A stretch of 63,146 bases of DNA, counting the filler, from Octopus bimaculoides (Eukaryota), in NCBI RefSeq assembly GCF_001194135.2. It is 4 parts of 4 records of this genome, joined end to end, with 100 filler letters (N's around TTAATTAATTAA, not from the genome) between each part and the next. Parts side by side here need not be neighbours in the genome. Positions count along the whole stretch, not along the records: positions 28,695 to 43,539 come from NC_068982.1; positions 43,640 to 60,867 come from NC_068996.1; 2 more parts are not named here. The stretch is one strand, 5' to 3'. Made by a program: the position numbers and the translations under genes. Positions 37,400 through 50,854 of the stretch are shown one piece after another. The notes beneath the pieces are model-generated. The model did not search any database and was not told the origin of the DNA. It was given only the letters and a program-made list of their open reading frames with translations. The stretch's first letter is position 1. Each line of letters begins with the position of its first letter.

Positions 37400-37533
37400 C
37401 ATACATACATACATACCTATATATTCACATATATTTTGTATTTAGGCACGTTGGATGCATGTACGTATGTGTGTCTGTATATATATGTGTGTGTGTGTGT
37501 GTCTGTATATATATATATGTGTGTGTGTGTGTG

Positions 37534-38268
37534 TAGAAACAATTATTGAGATAATCAAATTAGATACATCAAATATATTAAATATATTAAGTATATCATA
37601 TACATCAAATGTATATATATATGTATATATGCAAAGCGAGAGAAAGCAGAAGGTGGAAACTTTCAAATGATGAATGATGAATTTATATCAATAAATATAT
37701 GTATATATTTATATAAATAGGTCCAACTTACACAGAGTACAAATGAAAGAGAAATTTAAAGGGATGGAATAAAGGTATCATGAGTCCAATAGCTGTTCCT
37801 GGAGGTTCGGCGATCCATAATAAAGTTGGTAGATTTAGTCCATCACAAAATGCGGCCGTATGGATGCATTTAACATAGGATGAGACGAGTCTCCTTCATC
37901 AAGGTAGAGAAGGCTAGCTCATCCCATCTTATGCTAAATGCATCCATATGGCCACATTTTGTGATTGACTAAATCTACCAACATTATTATGGGTCACCGA
38001 GCCCCAGATACAGCTGTTTGGCTCATAATACTTTCATTCCACCCTTTTAAATTTCTCTAGTATTTGTACTCTGTATAAGTTGGACCCATTTATATAAATA
38101 TATACACATATTCATACATATAAACTCATCGTTCATCATCAGAAAGTTTCCACCTTTTTCTTTCTCTTGTTTTGCATGTATACTTATATACATATTTTGT
38201 ATTTGATGTACTTAATATATTTAATATATTTGATGTATCTAATTTGCTTATCCCAGTAATTGCTTCTA
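37534..38268. repeat. Long foldback palindrome, ~350-bp arms and ~33-bp spacer
   Basis: 37534-37884 is an imperfect reverse complement of 37918-38268. Confidence 0.9.
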
Positions 38269-38407
38269 TCTCAGCTCAACCTGATCCCTCTTATAACCTT
38301 TCTTAACTTGTGGAATGATTCCCTGTAAAGGCATCGGAGTCTAAGTCTGAATCTTTTGAGCACTACTAAGTGTCTTCTATACTGAGAATCTCTGGATCCC
38401 TTCTGTG

Positions 38408-38446
<39 letters not shown>

Positions 38447-41400
38447 AGTCACTTGTCTATAATTACATTCCCTTTGTGTTAGAATGATTTGACTGAAAAC
38501 ACAAATAATGCACAAAATCGTGTGAAAAAAGTAGAAAGTTTTGATGTAGACACTAAATAATAATAATCTACTGTAATAATCAGATCCTGATACGTTAAGC
38601 AATGAGTATAAAAGGAAGACAGCACGGGGGGATAACTTTCATCAGAAAAAGTAAAAGAATGAGAATGAGTGGTGGGAAAATACAAAAAGAATGAGGAAAT
38701 GCTGCTGGAAACGGGAAAAAAAAAATATTGATAAAAATCGCCTGGTAATGAATATCTATCATTGAGTCGGCTAACATGAGCTGAATCACTTGTGCGAAAT
38801 CTCCGTCAAAGTTTCCACTTTAAAACGCATGAGCTGCGAGTTTAATATTTTATTCAGTTGGACCTTTATACTACTGTGCTGTAAACTCGTTATTTAAAGA
38901 CATTAACCTAAAAATTATTAATATCATTATATTATATATTACTAACAAGCCAATGGGTGAGCTTTGACGTCCTCAAATAGCTACCCAATTTTCCTCAAAT
39001 CACCACCTGTCGTCTTTAAAAAAGGAACAACACAATAAATATTGTAGTCCTAGATATAGTAAACTCTGGAATCCAAGGAAACTGTTGATGATTTGATAAG
39101 ACAACCGTTAGTCAATAGGGGACGTCTTGGAAGAGTTAGAATGAGAGAGAGAGAAAGAGAAAGAGAGAGATAGGGGAGGGAAGAGAACAAGGGAAACATT
39201 AAATCAAGAAACATTGAAACGAGAATATTAGAACATCGTCAGCGTTGAATCAGCGACGCCAAACAAGCGTTGCCGAAATGTCACATATCCTCGGTTTGTT
39301 TGGTCAATGCTTAAGTAGGGCTAAACAATATATAAACAACTATATTGTTACTATAATTGCCTAAATATTTAAACCCTAGTCAATATAGTTAAACATTGAG
39401 TTTACAAATGAATAATTGCAAACGAGATAGTTTCAAGACAGCTGTAATGTAATTTCTTCGTTGCAAAATCAATTTTTCAAATATTCTCAAATATTTTAGA
39501 CAAAAGCATATTTCATTGAAAAACTTTTCATTATCACTAAGGAAACAAACATTTTTAAAAACACCAGTAGTTCCAAACTTTTATCAGAGCTGTTCATTAA
39601 TTACTAAATATATTTATACTTTTTAGAATGAAAAGCGTAGTTAAATAAGAGAAAATAATGTTTTATGTCAAAAGATATACAGACATACGCTAGACAGATA
39701 TATAGAGACATTCTGTAGAAATGGATGGTTTACATAAAAAAGATATATCTGGCTTCAGAATATCGTATTATAGGATTTACTGTAAATAATAAATGCTCCA
39801 AGTATGAACATTAGTAAACGGCAAAATTAGTTATATTGGTGTCAGAGACGTAAAGAGATATTATCATGTTAATGGAACACAGAATTTTAAATACATTGCA
39901 TATTTTAAGATTCGACTCTTTTGTTCAAATCCTACCGAAAGCGCTTTTGTCTTTTGTCACTTCTATGTCTCCTTCTTCTGCAACTTGCACTGCTGCTAAA
40001 GTGACCTCTTCTCCCCAGAAATGGCCAATCCCATATTGCCTCCATTCAAGCCCTTCTAACACACTCACTTTCCTTCCTCTGTCCACAATCCAGGCCACTC
40101 ACTAAAAACTGCACCTAGCCAGTCTCCAAAACGCTGGACATCTGAAATTCCTTCCTTGCACATGTATCTATTTACTACAGTTGTTACCTTGTACTTGTAC
40201 AAGAGAAACATTAACTGCGTCGATGTCACCAGTTTCAAAAATTCCTACAAAAGTCAAGACCCGGCTACTTCTTTCAGATCAACCAAGTAAAAAGTAACTA
40301 GGGTGTATTTTTTAAATGGTCTGTTCCTGCCCAAAAGAAAACTGCTAGAATTAAATTTAGTAATTCATCCTTAATATATATTTCTAATGTTATTATTGCT
40401 GTTAGTTTGTTTTAGATCAATTCAAATCAAGCACACCTATGACAAAAGCACTCAACACGTCATCATTTTGCCTTTATTTCAGTCAACGATATCTACGATT
40501 ACATTATCCTCTATATTTTTCGTATTTTTTAAACAGTAGAGTGTGATTTACGTGAGATTTGACTGTTATCTCTAGCTGGTAGATTGATCACATTGAGGCT
40601 TTTTTTAGTTTATGTTTGTTTATCATTTTTCCTACTTTGATGATTAGTAACAGCAGTTTCTTATGATAATTGCTAGAATGGACTTTCAGTAACTTTAAAC
40701 GATAAGTTTCAGCAGATAATTGAAATATTCAAAGGAAAGAGGTGTAATTAAATTGAGATTTGGCTGCTATTTCTAGCAGGTTGGACAGCAAAGTAGCGGC
40801 ACTTTCACCAGTTCGTCAGTACATTTGTAAATAGTGGCCACATCGGAGATGAGAAAGGTAAAACTTATTGGTAAGCGATCAGAGACAGGTTAACATTTCG
40901 AAGGCCCTTGGACTATTGGTACTGTAAGACTTCCAGTAATATTTTCAAAATTGAAAAAAAATGAAAAACAAATTTTACAAGGTTAACATTAGTTAAAATA
41001 TCAATTGTTTTTCTTGATATTTTCTCGTAAACAAATGTCTTCAAAACATCAATAAATGTTAAGTAGATGAGAACATTTGTTTTCAGTTGCAATGAAAGCA
41101 ATTACGTTTAGTAGTTCTTGCACCATTGTTGATTTGTATAGATTTTCTTTAGATGTTTTTTCTCTAGAGAAACTTCTCTCCCCAGTCGCATCAATTACCA
41201 TTAAACACTAATAAATCCATATTACTATTTCAACATAAGGGATTGAAGGAGTTAATGTAGATATTGGAAGTTTGTAACTGTGTCATGTTACAACCTGAAT
41301 TCATCAAATTTAACGACAAACTTCCTTAAACGAGAAATTTCCGACACACATTCAGGTTTGATATCATCTAAATCTGAAATTTACTGTTGCTGTTGACGTT

Positions 41401-43539
41401 ATCATCATTCATTCTTGGTTCAGGAAACCAAATGACTAATGAATATTTTTATATCCTTCAATGTGATAGCAAAGCCCTATGTGCAATTTGTCTACGATAG
41501 GTGATCTCTACCTTAATTTCTTTTCTCATAAAGCAACATCTGAGAGCTTTTCTATCACTGATTTGTTTTCTTTTCCAGTACTATATTGTTAGTCAAATTA
41601 TTTCGTATATTCTTTCTCATTTGGTTTATTTTTCAAACATTTCAGATAAATCCCGCTGCCACATCAAAAAGTCGAATAGGAATTCAACAACTTTAATAAA
41701 TGACTGAAGCTCTAGTGTTTCATGCTGAAGCGATTAGCTCATTAGATTGAATTTCTTTTGTATTACAGCCCACATCTCTACCTAGGGAACTGAATCCACT
41801 TTGACAGTTTCTTGAGTATAGTGTTTGCTTTATAAAGTGTATCAACCTGAATTTAGACTCAAAGCTTATTGCTAAAAGTAACACAAATAATCAAAAATTC
41901 CTACTTTACTATCGAAATAGTTATTAGCTATAGTAATAATGTGCCGATTTTCGAATCAGTGCAATTCTTGCACAATCCATTACTCACATCTTGACTAAAA
42001 CTGCCACCGAAGAAACACGTATTGTTCTACTGCGTATATAACGGTTGTTATCCAATGGCGAGGAAGGGATTCATTTAGCAGCGCATCACTATGCCAGAGT
42101 TGCATATGACAACGTAATGTATTTATATATATTGTTTAAGTGTGTACATGTGTGCATGTGTTTGGATAAAATAATATTATGATATATACGAAATGTAACA
42201 CCACACCTTTCAGCGAATTGTGCCAAAAATATTAGATAAATAACTACAAAACCAAGACAAAAATAAGTGAATTACTGATTACGTTAATGCTCACTTCCAT
42301 TTTTAATTTAATAATAAATTATAATGAATGACATATAAAGTAAAGATAACATATAATGAATTTCGTACAACAGCATGTGTTCATTGATGAATAGCACAAA
42401 ATTTTATCCATAATTTAGGACAATAAATTACTTATCTTCGTCATTTAATTTATGATGACTAATATAGTAATGAAACACATCGATCTCTAGTACATCTGTG
42501 TTGTTTTACCGGTTGTGTCAATGATGATTCTAAATTGATTTCCCGCAACAACCATTCATCGAATTGTTATCTGATCTTGGTGGCGTTCCCATTGACACTT
42601 CTCTGTTTGAATCAAGTACGCCATTGAACCACGTTTATTTTCGATTGTACGACACATCAGTTTAGTTGTTTCAACAAATACTGACCGTCCAATATATAAT
42701 TTATAGGAACTAGTCTCTTTTCCAATTGTTTGAACGTGATTAGGTGACAATAATAAGGTCTTAATGGTTCATAATTGTTGGTCCTGGAGCACTTCTACTC
42801 ACAATTTTCCATCCAGAGCTAAATTAGTGCAGAACGATATGAGATTAAAAATTATTTGACTATTCTTTCGCTGATGAATGATTTTCATAGCAAGCTTTTC
42901 AAATTCTTCGTGTATTTGCTTGAACAGAGCACTACGCTTCACCCTTTGAAGTCAGAGCGAAAACAGGCGACATCATATACTGAAAGCCCATTAAATCTTT
43001 AAATGAGTTTCATTCTTGAACATCATTGTCTATAGTAGTCTGCCCTTCCTTTTTTCAAGAACGTGAGTGTGACCTGAAATTTTTCCAAATCGGAGAGTGT
43101 GATCTATATTAACAAGTTTAACAAATGCGTGATGATCTCCCTTGTTATTCTTTAATTCCTATTGGTGTGTTTCTCGCCAAAGTTTTTGTAGGATTGATGT
43201 AAGATACTTAAGTGATACATCTCTTTGGGTCATTTTTATTGCTACGAAAGACGAAACCATAGAATGTTATGGATATTGATGAGTAGATAATCAAAAACAC
43301 AATTTGGTTTTTAAACTTACATTCAGCGGTGGTGGTGGTGGTGGTGGTGCTGCTGCTGCTACTGTTGCTGGTACTCGTGCTGGTGCTGTGCTGGTGCTGG
43401 TGCTGGAGATGGAGATGGAGCTGGAGCTGGAGCTGGAGCTGGTGGTGCTGGTACCGGCGGTGGTGGTGGTGGTGGTGGTGGTGGTGATGGTAATTTCGTT
43501 TATTTAAAGGTTAAGAATTAGGTATTCTTAAAGAATTTT

Positions 43540-43639
43540 NNNNNNNNNNNNNNNNNNNNNNNNNNNNNNNNNNNNNNNNNNNNTTAATTAATTAANNNNN
43601 NNNNNNNNNNNNNNNNNNNNNNNNNNNNNNNNNNNNNNN
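43540..43639. other. Artificial scaffold-join linker
   Basis: N44-TTAATTAATTAA-N44. Confidence 0.95.
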
Positions 43640-43647
43640 CATCAGAA

Positions 43648-44615
43648 ATGACAGATCTATCGGACTTTCAAACAGGTCAAAGTGCTGGTGCTCGTATGGC
43701 AGGCGCTAGCGTAACGAAAACTGCCGAAATGTTAGGTGTATCAAGAAGTACTGTCTCGAAAGTAATGACAGCCTTTGAGAAAGAGGGAAAAATCTCCTCG
43801 TTGAAACAAACACAGAAAAAAAAACCAAAACTTTCAGATAGGGACCGTCGGACTCTTATGCGAATTGTTAGAAAGGATCACAAAAGTACAGCTCCCAAAA
43901 TTACTGCAGAGCTTAATGACCACTTCGAGAACCCAGTTTCCACAAAAACTGTTCGCTGGTAGCTGCATAAAGCCGGATTTCACGGGAGGGCTGCAATCAG
44001 AAAATCACTACTTTCAAAAACGAACGTTGCAAAGCGTTTAGAGCGGAGTAAAAACCTATAGAATTGGTCCCTAGAGCAGTGGAAGAATATTATTTTGTCG
44101 GACGAGTCATCCTTTGCCTTATTTCCGACCACCAGCCGTGTATACGTGTGGAGACAGCCAAAAGAAGCATTTGACCCAGACTGCCATCTTCCAACTGTTA
44201 AACATGGAGGGGGATGTGTGATGATCTGGGGCGGGGGCTATATCTTGGAAATCCGCCGGCAGATTCATGGCAGAATTAATAGTGAAAACTATTTAAGCAT
44301 TTTATCTGATCAAATTCATCCTATGGTTGCAGAACTTTTTCCAGAGGGAAACGCAATCTTTCAGGATAGTAATGCACCAATTCACACAGCTAAAGTTTTT
44401 ACTGAATGGCACAAGGAACATTCTAGTGAAGTTGAGCATCTTATCTGGCCACCACAGTCCCCAGATCTCAATATCATTGAACATTTATGGTNNNNNNNNN
44501 NTATCTGGCCACCACAGTCCCCAGATCTCAATATCATTGAACATTTATGGTACATTTTAGAAAAAAACAAGTAAGGAGTCGATATCCTCCACCATCATCA
44601 CTACAAGAACTGGAG
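43648..44615 (+). mobile_element. Tc1-type transposase pseudogene with DD36E (Incomer-like) spacing
   Basis: MTDLSDFQTGQSAGARMAGASVTKTAEMLGVSRSTVSKVM; LSDESSF; TVKHGGG; FQDSNAPIHTA...WPPQSPDLNIIE. Has stops and a frameshift; cut by the linker at the 5' side and by (CATA)n at the 3' side. Confidence 0.9.
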
Positions 44616-45881
44616 ACTGTTTTACATACACACATACATACATACATACATACATACAAACAAACATACACACGTGCATAGATACATTCATACATACATA
44701 CATACATACATACATACATACATACATACATGCACAGATATGTATGCATATATACATGACAGAGGCGACTCCAGGTCATCAGCGTCACTCCGTCTCATCA
44801 CAGATTTCATCACTTAGACTCATCACAGATTTCGCATTAGACACATGCCTGCTCGAAGAATTTCAAGTTTTTCCGCAATATTTCTAGCCCGAAATGGCTT
44901 ATTTTCTTTATATCTAGCACTATGTCTCTCCATTTATAAGTTAAGGGTAAATATAAATCAACCCTGCAAACCACAACTGACCTTTGCACACAGACGCACA
45001 GAATAACTAATCAAATAACGACAGCAGAGTGCACAACAAACATCAGCGACCTGACTGTCGCCTGTACTCTTGACAAGAGATGCCAGTTAGTCTTTTACAC
45101 CTACCAGGCTCGTTCGTATTAGCCCGAGTTGCTGAATAATTTTTCATTCATTTAAGAATATTGTAGAAAGGAAACTTTTCAGAGATTGGAATTTAAATCC
45201 TAATCTCTATAGAAATTTATTGTCTCAAGAAAACATTGAATTTAAATTACTTTTAATTTTTACGATTATAGATAAGAATTCGGTCTCTAACTTCTGAGCA
45301 CGAATCAGGCGCGTGTGAACGATGTCTAGATAACGTCTTCTACGAATGATATTTTTTGACACTCTAAAGCGACCGTCAGACGCTAAATGATAATAAATGA
45401 ACTGCAATCAGGCTGAATAAGAGGAGCCTGAGTTATTGGCTGAAACTACATACTTGAAGTCAGTGTTGGGAGAAATTAAATCAGCTTGTAATACACGTCC
45501 ACTTTATTAGATTTATACTCGGGTTAAGCCCGAACAGCCCGAGTGATGGAGTCACCACTGATACATGAATATATATTTACATACATTCGTGCGCACTCAG
45601 ATGCATACAATTAACGAACAGGTTGACTGACAGATTGATAAATAGATAGAAAGATAATTTTAAGGTATTACCGTCTTTATTTCATGTCTCACTAATTAAC
45701 ATTCCTTACAGACAGACAGACACACACACACACACACATACACTCACTCATGCACGCGCACACTCACAAAACTACCATCATTACCAACACCAATACACTC
45801 GCACGCATACATATCGCCAGATAGACAAACAGACAGACAGAAGACATAAATACGTAGATAAATGTATTATGTATATATGTA

Positions 45882-45920
<39 letters not shown>

Positions 45921-45923
<3 letters not shown>

Positions 45924-46068
45924 CGCAGTGTGGCTGTGTGGTAAGTAGCTTCCTTCCCAACCACATGGTTCCCGGTTCAGTTCCACCCCGTGGCACCTTG
46001 GGCAAGTGTCTTCTGTTATAGCTTCAAGCCGACCAAAGCCTAGTGAGTGAAAGAAGACCGTCTTATAT
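45921..46068 (+). mobile_element. SINE-C 5' arm running into a gap
   Basis: ggcgcagtgtggctgtgtggtaagtagcttccttcccaaccacatggttcccggttcag...gtggcaccttgggcaagtgtctt. Confidence 0.85.
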
Positions 46069-46443
46069 NNNNNNNNNNNNNNNNNNNNNNNNNNNNNNNN
46101 NNNNNNNNNNNNNNNNNNNNNNNNNNNNNNNNNNNNNNNNNNNNNNNNNNNNNNNNNNNNNNNNNNNNNNNNNNNNNNNNNNNNNNNNNNNNNNNNNNNN
46201 NNNNNNNNNNNNNNNNNNNNNNNNNNNNNNNNNNNNNNNNNNNNNNNNNNNNNNNNNNNNNNNNNNNNNNNNNNNNNNNNNNNNNNNNNNNNNNNNNNNN
46301 NNNNNNNNNNNNNNNNNNNNNNNNNNNNNNNNNNNNNNNNNNNNNNNNNNNNNNNNNNNNNNNNNNNNNNNNNNNNNNNNNNNNNNNNNNNNNNNNNNNN
46401 NNNNNNNNNNNNNNNNNNNNNNNNNNNNNNNNNNNNNNNNNNN

Positions 46444-46622
46444 CCTGTATTCCAAAGGGCCATCCTTGTCACACTCTGTTTCACGCTGAATCTCCTTGAG
46501 AACTACGTTAAGGGTACATGTGTCTGTGGAGTACTCAGCCATTTGCACTTTAATTTCACGAGCAGTCTGCTCCGTTGATCGTATCAGCTGGGACCCTCGT
46601 CGTCGTAACCGACGGAATGCTC
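46444..46622 (+). mobile_element. SINE-like family E, 3' part
   Basis: Reverse complement of 47487-47655. Confidence 0.7.
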
Positions 46623-46629
46623 CTATGTA

Positions 46630-46830
46630 TATATATATATTTGTGTGTGTGAGTCTGTGCTTCTCCTCCCACCATCACTTGACAACCGATGTTGATATGT
46701 TTACGTCTCAGTAACATTAGCGCTTCGAAAAAAGAGACCGATAGAATAAGTACTAGGCTTACAAAGAATAAGTCCTGGGGTCGATTTATTCGACTAAAGG
46801 CCGCAAATGACTGAAACAAGTAAACGAAGA
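46630..46830 (+). mobile_element. SINE-C 3' arm
   Basis: cacttgacaaccgatgttgatatgtttacgtc...gagaccgatagaataagtactaggcttacaaagaataagtcc. Confidence 0.85.
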
Positions 46831-47477
46831 AATGAAAGTATACACATATGTATGTGTATATTATGTATGTACATACATATATACCGACATATATGCATAC
46901 GTATACACGCATACAAAGCGCACACATACTCATACCCATACACATATAGACGCATATATTTATTCATTTATTTTTCTTTCGTCTCATTGTCCATGTTTCT
47001 TCGTTACTGTCAAATTTCTCTTTGATCTTGTCTTATCTCCACAAACTTTTTCATGTATATCGTTATATATAAGACACCTGAAGTTAGTTAATTAGTTATA
47101 TTTCGAATTTAATTTACCCTAGCATTCTCCTCACATGCCCCACTCCCACAATACCCCCACCTCACAATCACTCCAAACACATTTAACACAACAATTTATG
47201 ATTAATTTTTTTTTTTCGTTCTTTCTTTCTTTATGTATTTTCTGTTCTAGTTTACCTGGATATTCCGTACACATCGAGTTATATAGAAACACTATTGCTT
47301 ACTTCTACACTACGTATCTCTCAGTATAAATCAGTCGAGAATATGTTTCGTAGGTGATGATTGTCTCACTACTCGAGACAGCCATGGCAGTCACGTCAAA
47401 TGAAATAATTGTTTGACGATAATAAATTATGTGAGCAAATTTGGAATAAGTTCGTACGCCTCGGGGAGGCGTGATTG

Positions 47478-47813
47478 TTGTCAGCATTCTGTCGCTTACG
47501 ACGTCGAGGGTTCCAGTTGATCCGATCAACGGAACAGCCTGCTCGTGAAATTAACGTGCAAGTGGCTGAGCACTCCACAGACACGTGTACCCTTAACGTA
47601 ATTCTCGGGGATATTCAGCGTGACACAGTGTGACAAGGCTGACCCTTTGAATTACAGGCACAACAGAAACAGGAAGTAAGAGTGAGAGAAAGTTGTGGTG
47701 AAAGAGTACAGCAGGGTTCGCCACCACCCCCTGCCGGAGTCTCGTGGAGCTTTAGGTGTTTTCGCTCAATAAACACTCACAACGCCCGGTCTGGGAATCG
47801 AAACCGTAATCCT
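47478..47813 (-). mobile_element. SINE-like family E, head lost in the gap
   Basis: Minus strand starts with B-box-like ggtttcgattccc; body matches 46444-46622. Confidence 0.7.
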
Positions 47814-48304
47814 NNNNNNNNNNNNNNNNNNNNNNNNNNNNNNNNNNNNNNNNNNNNNNNNNNNNNNNNNNNNNNNNNNNNNNNNNNNNNNNNNNNNNNN
47901 NNNNNNNNNNNNNNNNNNNNNNNNNNNNNNNNNNNNNNNNNNNNNNNNNNNNNNNNNNNNNNNNNNNNNNNNNNNNNNNNNNNNNNNNNNNNNNNNNNNN
48001 NNNNNNNNNNNNNNNNNNNNNNNNNNNNNNNNNNNNNNNNNNNNNNNNNNNNNNNNNNNNNNNNNNNNNNNNNNNNNNNNNNNNNNNNNNNNNNNNNNNN
48101 NNNNNNNNNNNNNNNNNNNNNNNNNNNNNNNNNNNNNNNNNNNNNNNNNNNNNNNNNNNNNNNNNNNNNNNNNNNNNNNNNNNNNNNNNNNNNNNNNNNN
48201 NNNNNNNNNNNNNNNNNNNNNNNNNNNNNNNNNNNNNNNNNNNNNNNNNNNNNNNNNNNNNNNNNNNNNNNNNNNNNNNNNNNNNNNNNNNNNNNNNNNN
48301 NNNN

Positions 48305-48339
<35 letters not shown>

Positions 48340-48386
48340 CGCTTATGTGTGTTGTATGCATATATATATATATATATATACATACA

Positions 48387-48418
<32 letters not shown>

Positions 48419-48434
48419 CATACATACATACATA

Positions 48435-48650
48435 TATGTGTGTGGGTCTTTGTGTCTGTGTTGTACCCCAATACCACTTGACAACCGATACTGATGTATT
48501 TACGTCTCCGTAGTCTAGCGATTCGGTAAAAAGAGACCGATAGAAGTACTAGGCTTAAATAAATAATGTGATCGATTCATTCGAGTAAAATCTCTTTGAG
48601 GTGATGTCCCAGCATGACCGCAGTCTAATGACTGAAACAAGATAAAACAT
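48435..48650 (+). mobile_element. SINE-C 3' arm after a TG/TA/CATA tract
   Basis: ccacttgacaaccgatactgatgtatttacgtc...aatgactgaaacaag. Confidence 0.8.
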
Positions 48651-48664
48651 TCCCTAAACATGCA

Positions 48665-49050
48665 TCGTCATTCATAATTCAAACCGAGGCCTCGGATGTG
48701 TCCGCAATGAGGATACGCAAATCTTATTGCATTCTAGAACTTGAAAACTCTATCGCTTCGTATACACAGAGAACATCATTGCACTACAATGCACTATCGA
48801 TCATGTGCAGCACGCAACTTGATTCTTTACTACCCGGAACATCAGCCCTTTGGGATTCCGTATCCATTTATTTTTTTCCCGCAGATGTTGACTTACAAAG
48901 GCCCAACAAGAACATTAATAACATCAACCTCACTGTCCGAGGATGGCTTGTGTACTCACAGTTCCCTTCTCTACTAGTTTTGTGTGGCCGAGCAACGGAG
49001 ATCCCCTACTTGTTACCACGACCTATTTGAAAGAGAAGTCAAATGCCTCC
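48665..49050 (+). mobile_element. Possible very degraded LTR-retrotransposon pol remnant
   Basis: SFIIQTEASDV resembles an RNase H start (FIIQTDASD); ALWDSVSIYF and LVYSQFP loosely resemble integrase motifs; spacing is inconsistent. Confidence 0.25.
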
Positions 49051-50041
49051 AAATTACCAATCGTTGTAATAAACTCCACTAATGATATGATTACCACCTT
49101 AGTAATCATATCATGCTTCTGCATGCTGACCACGATCGAAGACCAGAAACAGAAACATTAATAGAAAACAGAAGGCCGGCTGTTTTGATCGTGTACTAGA
49201 TAGATAGAAAATGTGACATTATTGATATAGCAAACCCGAGAGAACAAGAATACAAAAAGCAAAATGGAAGAGAAAGTGATCAGCTATTGCAAACTGAAAA
49301 TATATGGAACTTAAATGAAACAAGTTTAACTCTGGTCATTGTTGACAGATTAGGAATGGTAACAACCAGTCTTAAATCCTGATAAGATATGTTACACGGA
49401 GTTTCTGCAGAAAGTTTCATTGTTTGGAAAAGTAAGGATCATAAGAAGAGTTTTTGAGACCAAAAGCTGTTGGGTGTAGATTGCTCTCAAGGAGAAATTA
49501 TTCCAGTTCAACATGTTCACATCGGGATAACTTAGTAATAAAAATAACAACAGCAACGACGACGGCGATGACGACAGCAACAATAAAAATAATAATAAAA
49601 ACTTCCTAAAATCACGCTTTGGGTGTGGTGCATCATTTATAACTAAGGTGTGATCTAAATGTGTTTAATTGTAGGTAACTAGTATTATTTTGAAATTCAG
49701 AAAAATAGGTGAACTTTTATTGATTAAAAAAAAAAAAAAAGAAAAATGAGTAAGCATGAAAATAATAGTTTACAGAAACGTATTACGCAAGATATATTTT
49801 ACATTTTTCAGAAGCAAACGAAGGATATGGTTCCTTTGACCTTATACATATGGTAGCCACATCTTCGATAAATCATGCTTTGCCATTTTATATATAAGGA
49901 ATTAAATGTTGTTAAACCCAGATACAACTAAAACGTCAAGGATGTTCACCGCTGAAACATCTTTGATCAAAATGTCTCTTAACACAACGTTGACCGAGGT
50001 TTAAGAGGTAAGAATTATATTAGATGACGCTTAAAGGAAAT

Positions 50042-50086
<45 letters not shown>

Positions 50087-50186
50087 ACAAATGACAAGGT
50101 TTGCACTCTTAACATTAGACACCCCGTTTATCGTATCTGAACACAGACTCGGGTAGATGAGCTTGGTTATTTTCATTGCATTAGAC

Positions 50187-50728
50187 CAGTGGTTTTCAGT
50201 TGTGGTCCATATAACCCCCAGGCAGTCCATGTAAAATTCTGGGGGGAAGTGGGGGGTCCATATAAAATTTTTAATGGTCCATGAACAACTTTGGCTTGAG
50301 ATGTATTTATTGCAAGATAGAGCTCAGTTTGTTTCTCCAACGTTTTACATAGTTCAAACTACACAAGTGAATATGTGAAAAACAAAATAGGAATTGTGGA
50401 AGAAGTTTGTACAAAACTAGTTTTTAAACTGTTAGTGGTGATGAGGTTCCACAAGACTAAAATAGTAATGAAAGGGGTCCACAGATAATAAATGGTTGAG
50501 AGCCTTTGCATTTGATGTATGTATTGATATGTATTGTAAGAAACAGCCAGGTTTCTTTCTACATAGTTCAAACTACACAAGTCTACGTGTGAAAAACAAA
50601 ATAAGAATTTTGAAAGAAGCCTCTATAAAATTATTTTTTAAACTTTGAGTGGTGATGAGAGTCCACCAGAATAAAATAGTAATCAAAAAGGGTTCATAGG
50701 TTAAAAAAAAAAAGATTGAGAGGCACTG
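50187..50728. mobile_element. hAT-type MITE with duplicated 3' end
   Basis: cagtggttttca ... ttgagagcctttg (50508) and ttgagaggcactg (50728); flanking 8-mers cattagac / catttgat / catcagat. Confidence 0.75.
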
Positions 50729-50854
50729 CATCAGATATTTCGTTCTCAATCTTTTGTAACACCGTGGCTGTCGCCGAATAGTATCCCACAAACAACCCAT
50801 TTCCGTAACTTCCAAACCTGCTTCCCATCATTATTTTAAACAAAGAGACTCTAA

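Noticed and set aside
42800-43200. Possible LINE remnant on the minus strand (KLAMKIIHQR)
   Set aside because: A single short motif; not enough to call.
44443-44551. 49-bp direct duplication inside the transposase
   Set aside because: Identical copies flank a 10-N gap, typical of a contig overlap artefact.
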